Both the position numbers and the translations under genes were made by a program. Shown here one piece after another: positions 16,218 to 24,246 of a DNA stretch of 64,000 nt; position 1 is the first letter of the stretch; each line of letters opens with the position of its first letter. The notes under the pieces were generated by a model. It was not told where the DNA came from, ran no database searches, and saw nothing but the letters and a program-made list of their open reading frames with translations. The DNA is taken from NCBI GenBank assembly GCA_049692125.1, contig JBAVOO010000038.1, positions 5,588 to 69,587 of the forward strand, given 5' to 3'. Source of the DNA: Verrucomicrobiia bacterium. GTDB taxonomy: Bacteria; Verrucomicrobiota; Verrucomicrobiia; Limisphaerales; UBA11358.

Positions 16218-17711
16218 TCATGGATTAGAGGACGCTTTTGCAGACACTTTGGTTCTTTCAGGTTTTGCCGCCGCGGCAATGGCATCAACGATCTGCTGGT
16301 AGCCAGTGCAGCGGCAGAGGTTTCCTGAGATTGCCGTTCGGATTTGTGTTTCGGTCGGATGTGGATTCAGATCCAGCAGTGCTTTTGCGCTCATCAGCAT
16401 TCCCGGGGTGCAGAATCCGCAGTGGACGGCATCGCAGTCCATGAAGGACTCCTGCAAAAGGTGGAGCTTGCCGCGCTGCATGAGTCCCTCCACGGTTAGA
16501 ACGTGTCGCCCGGCGATTTGTGGCGCGAGAACCAGACAGGAGTTCACCGGCTCGCCGTCGAGCAGCACCGTGCACGCCCCACACTCGCCAATCTCGCAAC
16601 CGCTTTTCGTGCCGGTAAAACCGAGCCGGTCACGCAGCAGATCGAGCAACGTCCAATGGGCGGGAATCGCAAGTGTATGGGAGCGCCCGTTGATGGTCGT
16701 GGTAATCGTAGCGCAGACTTCCAAGTCTGCCGTATTGCTGGTTTCTAAACCCGCGAGCCGTTCGACGTGCTCTGGCGTTGCCGATTTGGAAATCGGCGGT
16801 ACAGCAGACCTGGAAGTCTGCGGTACAGCAGGTTTGTCCCGCAAGGCGGGATGCGCTACTGCGGCTTGTTCCAACGCCCGGCGCACCAGCACGGCAATGA
16901 CGGGTTCCTTGTACTCCGACGACCAGCGCCTTCCGGCCTCTTTTATCATTTGCCCGGCAACTTTCTTTCCGGCGGCGGCGAACAGCTTCACCGCCGGCTT
17001 CTCGCCGACGAGCATCGCTTCGGCGTCCGTCACTCGCTTCCACACGGGGAAGACCGAGCCGGGAACGATGCGCGCATCACCGATTCTTCCATCGTCATTC
17101 ATTTGCAGAATGGCGGCAACACTCAGCCGGGAAGTCGAGAGTGCATTGCGGCGGCCGAGCTTGATGAATGCGCTTCGGGCGTTTGCCGGCAGCTTGGAGA
17201 AGCGGACAGCCGTCAGCAGTTCATCCGGTTTCGCCCTGGTTTGATAGGGTTTGAGGAACAGTTCCGCCAGATCCAGCTCGCGGCGCCCGGTCTTCGATTG
17301 CAGGGTCACGATTGCGCCCAGAGCGATCAGGGGCGGGACGGTGTCAGCGCACGTGGCGGCGTTCATGATGTTTCCGCCGATGGTTCCGCGATTTCTGATT
17401 TGCGGTGAACCGATGGTTGAAGCGGCTGAAACGAGGCACGGAGCAAACGTTCGCAATACGTTCGAACGCAGCAACTGGCTGTGCGTCGTAAGCGGCCGGA
17501 TGAGAATGCCGCCGTCGGATTCGATGATGCCGCCCAGTTCGTTCGCGCGGGAGGTGTCGAGAAGAACCTTGGGCGGCTTCGTTGATGGGTGCCGCAACTT
17601 GATCAATAAATCAGTTCCCCCGGCAAGGACAGAAGCATCGGGACCATGCTCGGAAAGGAGGCTGCACGCCTCAGCGATGGTCGCAACCGGGATGTAATCA
17701 AAAGGTTTCAA
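16218..17711 (-). CDS. Fused FAD-binding (CoxM/YgfM-like) and 2Fe-2S (CoxS-like) subunit of a molybdenum hydroxylase
   Basis: The N-terminal part (LKPFDYIPVATIAEA...LAGGTDLL...GTIGGNI) is a FAD subunit. The C-terminal part (INGRSHTL...GTKSGCEIGECGACTV...CGFCTPGM...CRCTGY) is a FeS subunit. The likely TTG start at 17711 overlaps the upstream TGA. The ORF-track start at 17837 lies inside the upstream gene. Confidence 0.85.
   Translation of the reverse strand: MKPFDYIPVATIAEACSLLSEHGPDASVLAGGTDLLIKLRHPSTKPPKVLLDTSRANELGGIIESDGGILIRPLTTHSQLLRSNVLRTFAPCLVSAASTIGSPQIRNRGTIGGNIMNAATCADTVPPLIALGAIVTLQSKTGRRELDLAELFLKPYQTRAKPDELLTAVRFSKLPANARSAFIKLGRRNALSTSRLSVAAILQMNDDGRIGDARIVPGSVFPVWKRVTDAEAMLVGEKPAVKLFAAAGKKVAGQMIKEAGRRWSSEYKEPVIAVLVRRALEQAAVAHPALRDKPAVPQTSRSAVPPISKSATPEHVERLAGLETSNTADLEVCATITTTINGRSHTLAIPAHWTLLDLLRDRLGFTGTKSGCEIGECGACTVLLDGEPVNSCLVLAPQIAGRHVLTVEGLMQRGKLHLLQESFMDCDAVHCGFCTPGMLMSAKALLDLNPHPTETQIRTAISGNLCRCTGYQQIVDAIAAAAKPERTKVSAKASSNP
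16708..16859. repeat. Family A multi-hairpin repeat forming the FAD/FeS linker
   Basis: GTAGCGC ... GCGCTAC. Hairpins: gcagacttccaagtctgc, gccgatttggaaatcggc, gcagacctggaagtctgc, cccgcaaggcggg. Encodes ...HPALRDKPAVPQTSRSAVPPISKSATPEHVERLAGLETSNTADLEVCAT.... Confidence 0.8.
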
Positions 17712-20068
17712 TGCGCACCTCGTCCCAGCTTGCACGAGTCGCCCGCCATCGGGTCCTTCTGGAGCGAGCCGCGCGCGCCTTTCCGCGACAGCTTGTGCCC
17801 CAGCAGCACGCGCTCCAGCGTGGCCGGGATCTCGCAAATGCGTTTGCCGGTCGCGTTGTAGATCGCGTTCACGATGGCCGGCGCAGCGATCTCATTGGTT
17901 GGCTCACCCACCGATTTCGCGCCGAATGGCCCCGCGGCGTCTTCGTTTTCGACGATAATGCCCCGGATCTTCGGAACGTCCAGCGCGGTCGGGATCAGGT
18001 ATTCGTCGAAGTTGAGCTGCTTGGGAACGGCGCCCTCAAAATCGAACTCCTCCAGCAACCCATAGCCGAGTCCCATCGCCACGCCGCCATAAAACTGCCC
18101 GAGCACCGTATTCCGGTTGATCGCTTTCCCAACGTCGTGGCAGGAAACAAAATTGACAACGTTGACCTTGCCGGTTTCGGTGTCCACTTCGACCTCCGCC
18201 ACATTCGCGCCATAGACAAAAGTGAAGTAGGCCTCACCAGTTCCTGCTTTTTCGTGCCAGGAGGCGGGCGGTGCCTTATGCCAGCCAAAGCCATACATCG
18301 GCTTGCCACGGCGGAAGCACTCGGCGGCGACCTCGGCAAACGACGCCATCCGTTTCCCGTTGCTTTTCCTGACGAGGTAATTGTCGGCAAATTCGCACTC
18401 TTGCTGATCAATTTTCAGCATGTTGGATGCAACTCCGAGCAGGGTCGCCCGGACGATTTCCGCCGCTTTCCTGGCCGCCGACCCGCCCATGATCGTTCCC
18501 CGCGAAGCCACGGTCGGTCCCGAGTCCGGTACCCGGCTGGTGTTCGTGTTCAGGAAGCGAATGCGATCCATGGAAACGCCGAGCACTTCGGCAGCGATTT
18601 GCGACATCTGAGTTTGTGCACCCTGTCCCATATCCGTAATGCCGGAGGAAACAATCACGCTGCCGTCAGTCTGCACCGAAACAATCGTCCCCGCGGCGTC
18701 CACACCTTCCGCGCCCAGCGACACGCCGCGGTAGCTGCACGCCAGTCCGATGCCGCGCTTCCGGGGAGCGTCCGCCGCCCGGCGATATTTCCTCCAATTC
18801 GGTTGAAAGTTCGCTGCCGCCGCGGCTTTCGTCAGCACTTCGCTTAAACTCACGTTGTGCGTGAGTCGTTGTCCGGTGGCTGTCACCGCCCCCGACTTGA
18901 AACCGTTCTGTAATCGAATCGCCAGCGGATCTTTTCCGACTTTCTCAGCCAGCTCGTCCATCATCGATTCGATGGCAAAATTCACCTGCGGTGAACCGAA
19001 GCCGCGCATGGCGCCGGTGTAGTTGTTGTTCGTGTAAACGGCGTACACATCGGTTTTCACGTTCTCGCAGCAGTATGGCCCCGTCGCCTGCACCACCGAC
19101 CGCCACGTGACGAACGGACTCATGGAAGCATACGCGCCGCCATCCGCGATGCACCGGACTTCCATGGCCGTAATCGAGCCGTCCTTTTTGGCACCCCACT
19201 TGTAGTAGAGAACATAGGGATGCCGTTTGTACGACTCGAGCATGGACTCCTCGCGGGAGTTGACCATCTTCACCGGTTGGCCGGTCGCGCGGGCCAACAG
19301 CGCGGCGCGGCAACACATCGCCGTCATGACTTCATCTTTTCCGCCGAACGAGCCCCCCAAGGTCGCCTGAATAATCTGAACCTGGTTGAGGTCGAGCTTG
19401 AGCGCGGCCGCAACGGAGCGCCGGCTGGAAAAAAGATTTTGAACGCTGCCGGTGACGATCACTCCGCCGTGCTCATCGGGTTCGGCCAGAACGGCCTCCG
19501 GCTCGAGGTACGAGTGCTCGACAAACTGCGTTTTGAACTTCCGCTCGATGAAGAAATCGGCCCGGGCGAATCCTTTCCCGATGTCTCCTTTGCGCACCTT
19601 GTGATGGACGAACGCGTTTTTGGCGCCGTGGATTCCCGGCGCATTCGCCTTCAGCGCTGCTTCGGGGTCGGAGACGATGGGAAGCGGCTGGTAGTCAACG
19701 TCAATGAGCGAGAGCGCTTGCTCGGCGATTTCTTTCGTGCGCGCCGCGACCAGGGCCACGCCGTCTCCGAGATAGCGGACTTTGTCCACCGCCAGGATTG
19801 CCTGGTTCTTCACCACAATTCCGAAGACCTTTTCGCCGGGAATATCGCGCGCCGTGAGAACCGCTTCGACCCCCGCCAGCCGTCCGGCTTTCGAGGTGTC
19901 GATCCGCAGGATACGCGCATGAGGATGCTTCGAGCGGAGCACTTTCCCGTAGAGTTGGTGGCCGACGGTGTAATCGGCAGCGAACTTTGCCCGTCCGGTC
20001 ACCTTTCCGATGGCATCGACCCGGCGCTCTCCCTTGCCGATGATCCTGGTTTTGCCCCGGCCCTTCAT
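17708..20068 (-). CDS. Molybdopterin-binding subunit of an XDH-family hydroxylase (XdhD/CoxL-like)
   Basis: 786 aa. RVDAIGKVTGRAKFAADY, GGSFGGKDE, TDMGQGAQT and KSVGEPT are hallmark blocks. Confidence 0.92.
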   Translation of the reverse strand: MKGRGKTRIIGKGERRVDAIGKVTGRAKFAADYTVGHQLYGKVLRSKHPHARILRIDTSKAGRLAGVEAVLTARDIPGEKVFGIVVKNQAILAVDKVRYLGDGVALVAARTKEIAEQALSLIDVDYQPLPIVSDPEAALKANAPGIHGAKNAFVHHKVRKGDIGKGFARADFFIERKFKTQFVEHSYLEPEAVLAEPDEHGGVIVTGSVQNLFSSRRSVAAALKLDLNQVQIIQATLGGSFGGKDEVMTAMCCRAALLARATGQPVKMVNSREESMLESYKRHPYVLYYKWGAKKDGSITAMEVRCIADGGAYASMSPFVTWRSVVQATGPYCCENVKTDVYAVYTNNNYTGAMRGFGSPQVNFAIESMMDELAEKVGKDPLAIRLQNGFKSGAVTATGQRLTHNVSLSEVLTKAAAAANFQPNWRKYRRAADAPRKRGIGLACSYRGVSLGAEGVDAAGTIVSVQTDGSVIVSSGITDMGQGAQTQMSQIAAEVLGVSMDRIRFLNTNTSRVPDSGPTVASRGTIMGGSAARKAAEIVRATLLGVASNMLKIDQQECEFADNYLVRKSNGKRMASFAEVAAECFRRGKPMYGFGWHKAPPASWHEKAGTGEAYFTFVYGANVAEVEVDTETGKVNVVNFVSCHDVGKAINRNTVLGQFYGGVAMGLGYGLLEEFDFEGAVPKQLNFDEYLIPTALDVPKIRGIIVENEDAAGPFGAKSVGEPTNEIAAPAIVNAIYNATGKRICEIPATLERVLLGHKLSRKGARGSLQKDPMAGDSCKLGRGAH

Positions 20069-20096
20069 GTCGCCGTCCTTGAGCCAGCTTTTTTGT

Positions 20097-20243
20097 CTAG
20101 TTTCGGCATAAGCACGCTCCGCCGGGCTGGTCGCCCTCGAGCAATTGGTTGTTGGAGACTACCACTTCACCGCGAACAAGAACATGTTTAAAATCCAGCG
20201 TGCGGCTCTGGTCGACCTTTCCGTTGCGAATCAGCACCTTCAT
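20097..20243 (-). pseudogene. 48-codon stub resembling the N-terminus of a cyclic amidohydrolase (hydantoinase/dihydropyrimidinase, HyuA-like)
   Basis: Hand translation gives MKVLIRNGKVDQSRTLDFKHVLVRGEVVVSNNQLLEGDQPGGACLCRN*. Compare E. coli HyuA MRVLIKNGTVVNADGQAKQDLLIESGIV (from memory). ATGA overlap with the stop of the thrC-like gene. Below the ORF-track length cutoff. Confidence 0.45.
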
Positions 20244-21466
20244 GGCCGGGCCGCAAGTGAATCGATTCCTGCCATCGTTGGCTCCACCGAGGCTGGCAGC
20301 GGGACGCCTTTCAGGGCGGCATCCACGTCCTTCAGGCCGTGCCCCGTGATCAGCAGAACGATTTGCTCCTTCCGCCCGAGCAACCGCAATTTTCGGAGTT
20401 TTTTCAACGCAGCAACAGTTGCGGACGCAGCCGGTTCCGCAAACACGCCCGTCCTGGCAGCCAACGTGCGCTGGCCATCGAGAATCTCGTCATCGCTCAC
20501 CGTGATGGAAAAGCCGCCGCTTTCAAGGACCGCCTGGCGCGCCAGGTGCGCGTTCGACGGAATGGAAACCGAAATGGAATCCGCAATCGTATCCGGGTGC
20601 GCGGCGTTTTCGTAAATGCCGGATTCAACATAGCGGTGGATGGCGTTCGATTTCTCGGCCTGCACGCAGACAAGCCGCGGCAGTCGCGAAATCAGCCCTG
20701 CCGCCTTCAAATCGCAAAACGCCTTGTGGACGCCGCTGATGATCACGCCGTCGCCGGTAGGGACAAGAATCGCGTCCGGCACGCGCCGGTTGTTTTGTTG
20801 CCAGATTTCCAAGCCGACGGTTTTCTTGCCTTCGATGGTGAGCGGATGATACGCGGTGTTGCGATTCAGCCCGCCGCGTTTGGCCGTGTATTCAAGAGAA
20901 AGGCGGAATGCGTCGTCATACGTGCCTTTCACCGGAACGACCGTCGCGCCGTAGAGAATCATCTGGACGAGTTTGGCCTTCGGTGCGTTCTCAGGAACGA
21001 AGATGAGCGCGCGTTTGCCGGCAGCCGCGCACACGGCCGCGAGCGCGCTGGCGGCGTTGCCGGTGGAGGCGGTGACGATGGTTTTCTCCTTTAGCCGGTT
21101 CGCCTCTGCCACAACAAGGAACGACGCCCGGTCCTTGAGCGACGCGCTGGGATTCAGCCCGTCGTTCTTGAGCCAGACGTCAGCGAAGCCGAGTTCGTTT
21201 CCGAGCGCAGCGGATTGGAAGAACGGCGTGTTGCCGACTGGAATGGGCGGAAAGAATTTCTCTTCCACCGCCGAGAACAGATTCCAGTCGGGCTTTAGCC
21301 GGTTGAACTTTTTCCGTATCGCGCCGTAATCAAACCGGGCCGACAGCACGCCCACAAGCGGGATACCCGGACGATATTGCTTCGCGCAGGCCGGGCAGAG
21401 GTATCGCACCTCATCCCGCGGATAACTTTTCCCGCAGGTGCTGCACTGGTAAAGGAATTTGGTCAT
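20240..21466 (-). CDS. Threonine-synthase-like PLP enzyme with an N-terminal zinc ribbon
   Basis: YQCSTCGKSYPRDEVRYLCPAC, then NPSASLKDRAS (PLP lysine) and a fold-type-II core. The start is set at ATG 21466 (MTKFLYQ). The ORF-track extension to 21535 reads into repeat A4. Confidence 0.85.
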   Translation of the reverse strand: MTKFLYQCSTCGKSYPRDEVRYLCPACAKQYRPGIPLVGVLSARFDYGAIRKKFNRLKPDWNLFSAVEEKFFPPIPVGNTPFFQSAALGNELGFADVWLKNDGLNPSASLKDRASFLVVAEANRLKEKTIVTASTGNAASALAAVCAAAGKRALIFVPENAPKAKLVQMILYGATVVPVKGTYDDAFRLSLEYTAKRGGLNRNTAYHPLTIEGKKTVGLEIWQQNNRRVPDAILVPTGDGVIISGVHKAFCDLKAAGLISRLPRLVCVQAEKSNAIHRYVESGIYENAAHPDTIADSISVSIPSNAHLARQAVLESGGFSITVSDDEILDGQRTLAARTGVFAEPAASATVAALKKLRKLRLLGRKEQIVLLITGHGLKDVDAALKGVPLPASVEPTMAGIDSLAARP

Positions 21467-21493
21467 ATTCGCAGGACAAACGTCGCGCCTGTC

Positions 21494-21611
21494 GTAGCGC
21501 AGACTTCCAAGTCTGCTGTATCGCGGGTTTCCCAACCCGCAGCCCGCACAACATCGAACGCCCCGCCGATTTGGAAATCGGCGATACAGCAGGTTGGGAA
21601 ACCTGCGCTAC
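21494..21611. repeat. Family A multi-hairpin repeat
   Basis: GTAGCGC ... GCGCTAC. Hairpins: gcagacttccaagtctgc, cgggtttcccaacccg, gccgatttggaaatcggc, gcaggttgggaaacctgc. Confidence 0.8.
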
Positions 21612-21669
21612 GAGCGATTCTATCCGCCGCTCGGGTGTTGATGGACACGCTTTTCATTCTTCCAGTTCG

Positions 21670-22926
21670 CTAAACCTTTCCATTCAGCCTTGCAACGAAT
21701 GCCGCATAAAACGCAACCGCACCACTCAGGTGTTCGACGGGGCACGCCTCGTTGGCCGCATGGGCATGGACTTCGTTGCCCGGACCGAGGCCGAGGCACG
21801 GAATTCCCTTCATGCCGGAAATCGCCACGCCGTTCGTGCTGAACGTCCACTTGTCCACGAACGGCTTTTTGCCGAGCACGCCAGCGTAAGCTGCGACAGC
21901 GCTCTTGAGATACGGAGATTTTTCATCCAGCGCCCAGGTCGGGTAGTATTTTTCCGTCGGATATACCTTGCCCGTGTAAGCTGCTTCTTCGTATTTCAGC
22001 ACGTAAACTTTCGCATCCGGATAACCGGCGCGCCTCGCGGCGTCCTGGACTTCCGCGATGGCGCTCGCCTTCGTCTCTCCGAACGTAAGCCGCCGGTCCA
22101 GGTGAATGCCCGCCCCGTCGGCGACTGCGCACTGCGATGGGGACGAGGATTTCACTTCCGAAATCGTGACCGTACCCTTGCCGAGGAACGGATCGCGCCT
22201 GAGCCGTTCGTTGAGTTTTTCAATTTCAAGCGCAATGCGGGCAATTTTGTAAATCGCGTTGTCGCCGCGCTCCGGCGCCGAACCGTGACAGCTCTTGCCC
22301 TTCACCTCGACGCGGATTTCCATGCGACCGCGATGGCCGCGGTAGATGTTCAGGTTGGTCGGCTCGGTGATGACGACGAGTTCGGGCTTGAGCTTTTCGA
22401 CGTTCAACAGGTATTGCCAACAAAGGCCGTCGCAATCCTCCTCCATGACCGTGCCGGTGAAATAAATCGTGAACTGATCGTTCAGGCCGAGTTCCTTGAT
22501 GATCCGGCCCGCGTGAATCATCGTGGCCACGCCGCCCTTTTGATCCACCGCGCCGCGCCCCCAAATTTTCCCGGCCTTCACGAACGGCTTGAACGGATCG
22601 AAATTCCACTGCGAACGGTCGCCGGGATAAACAATGTCCACGTGGCCGTCGAAGGCGATCACCCGTTTGCCCTTGCCGATGCGGCCGATGATGTTGCCCA
22701 AGCCGTCGATGCGGATGCCATCAAAGCCGATTTTCTGCATCTCCTTTTTGATGACGGCGATGACGTTCTTTTCCTTGGAGGAGAAGGATTGGGTGCGAAC
22801 CAGGTCACACAGAAACCGTGCGGTGTCTTTCTCCATCAGCTTGGCGCGTTTTCGGATCAGGTCGTAGGTGATTGGGGCGGTTGCTTGTTTTTTGGTTTTC
22901 ATTCTCATCGTTACATTCTTTTCCAT
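21670..22926 (-). CDS. ygeY: YgeY-type M20 family metallopeptidase/amidohydrolase
   Basis: EEDCDGLCWQYL, YRGHRGRMEIRVEVKGKSCHGSAPERGDNAI and DKWTFSTNGV match E. coli YgeY almost block for block. Alternative starts lie at M7/M9. Confidence 0.92.
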   Translation of the reverse strand: MEKNVTMRMKTKKQATAPITYDLIRKRAKLMEKDTARFLCDLVRTQSFSSKEKNVIAVIKKEMQKIGFDGIRIDGLGNIIGRIGKGKRVIAFDGHVDIVYPGDRSQWNFDPFKPFVKAGKIWGRGAVDQKGGVATMIHAGRIIKELGLNDQFTIYFTGTVMEEDCDGLCWQYLLNVEKLKPELVVITEPTNLNIYRGHRGRMEIRVEVKGKSCHGSAPERGDNAIYKIARIALEIEKLNERLRRDPFLGKGTVTISEVKSSSPSQCAVADGAGIHLDRRLTFGETKASAIAEVQDAARRAGYPDAKVYVLKYEEAAYTGKVYPTEKYYPTWALDEKSPYLKSAVAAYAGVLGKKPFVDKWTFSTNGVAISGMKGIPCLGLGPGNEVHAHAANEACPVEHLSGAVAFYAAFVARLNGKV

Positions 22927-24242
22927 AAATTTTTTGCCAGCTCGCGGGCGCGGGCGTTCACGCGCCCCTCGTCGAGGTTCAGCGCGAGCTTCCGGTTCTC
23001 CATCAACACGCAGCCGCCGACGATGGTCGTATCTGCTTCCGTCTGGGAAATGCCGAACACGAGATGGCCGAACACGTTTCCACGCTCAAGCGGTGTCGGC
23101 GGGTCGTAATCGAAAATCGCGATGTCTCCGGCAGCACCTGCACAAATCTCGCCGAAGCGCAGACCGAAGATACGCCCGGCAACCTTGGGATTGTTCGCGA
23201 ACAACGCGCTCGTTACTTCGGCGAATCCAACCGACGGATTCTCCGCGCGCAAATGCTGACCCCACAGCGCGACACGCAGCTCCTCGAGCATGTTTGTGGT
23301 CATCGCATCCGTGCCGAGGCCGACGAGCACGCCGCGCTTCGCCAGTCCGATGACGTTCGCCACGCCGACGGCGTTGTTCATGTTTGATTGCGGGTTGTGA
23401 ACGACCGCGGTCCGCGTCTCCGCCAGCAAATCCATTTCGCGCCGGTTGACGTGGATGCAGTGCGCCGCGATGGAGCGCGGGCCGAGGATTTCGAACTTCC
23501 TCAAGCGCTCGACCACGCGTTTGCCACCGTGCCGCAGCGCCCAGTCCTGATCGCTCTGCGCCTCGGCGACGTGGATGTGAAAGCCGGTGTGCAACTCGTG
23601 ACCGAGGGTTGCGGCCTTTTCCATCGTGGCGTCGGAAATCGTGAACGACGCGTGCAAGCCGAAAAGCGCTTTCACGCGGGAGTCATTCTGCCGCTGGCAT
23701 TGGCGGATGAACCGCACGTTCTCCGCCAACCCCTCCTTCGCGATTCGCGCGCCGTCGCGGTCGGACAGCTCGTAGCAGAGGCAGGCACGCAGGCCGGTTT
23801 CACGCACCGCCCGCTCAATCGCGCCCAGCGAGCCGGCCACCGCGCCCGGGCTGGCATGATGATCAATCAGAGTCGTCGTGCCGTGGCGGATTGAATCGAG
23901 CAGCGCGATCAGCGCACTGTAGTAGCAATCTTCCGTGGTCAGCGCGGAATCCAGCCGCCACCAGAGGTTTTTGAGCACTTCGTTGAAATCTTTCGCGGGC
24001 TTCGTTTTTGTTAACCCGCGCGCAAAGCTGCTGTAGAAATGTGTGTGCGCGTTGATGAATCCGGGCAGGACAACCTTGCCCGTCGCATCAATGCGTTTGC
24101 CGCGGAAATTTTTGACCGCCTTCTTCGGTGCGACCTTGGCCACCAGGCCGTTCTCGATGAGAACCGAATGGCCGCGCAGAACCTTGGAGGTTTTTCCCAA
24201 GGTCAGCACCGTTCCGTTTTCGATGAGCAGGGAATTGGACAT
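22911..24242 (-). CDS. ssnA: SsnA-type amidohydrolase (aminohydrolase superfamily)
   Basis: 443 aa. PGFINAHTHFYSSFARG, LKNLWWRLD, IDHHASP, VHNPQSNMNN and LGTDA fit the SsnA family. Confidence 0.9.
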   Translation of the reverse strand: MSNSLLIENGTVLTLGKTSKVLRGHSVLIENGLVAKVAPKKAVKNFRGKRIDATGKVVLPGFINAHTHFYSSFARGLTKTKPAKDFNEVLKNLWWRLDSALTTEDCYYSALIALLDSIRHGTTTLIDHHASPGAVAGSLGAIERAVRETGLRACLCYELSDRDGARIAKEGLAENVRFIRQCQRQNDSRVKALFGLHASFTISDATMEKAATLGHELHTGFHIHVAEAQSDQDWALRHGGKRVVERLRKFEILGPRSIAAHCIHVNRREMDLLAETRTAVVHNPQSNMNNAVGVANVIGLAKRGVLVGLGTDAMTTNMLEELRVALWGQHLRAENPSVGFAEVTSALFANNPKVAGRIFGLRFGEICAGAAGDIAIFDYDPPTPLERGNVFGHLVFGISQTEADTTIVGGCVLMENRKLALNLDEGRVNARARELAKNLWKRM

Positions 24243-24246
24243 GGGT

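Noticed and set aside
3160-21611. Possible CRISPR array, suggested by the many short palindromes.
   Set aside because: The hairpins are not a constant repeat separated by unique spacers of regular length. The copies are dispersed over 30 kb and no cas genes are present.
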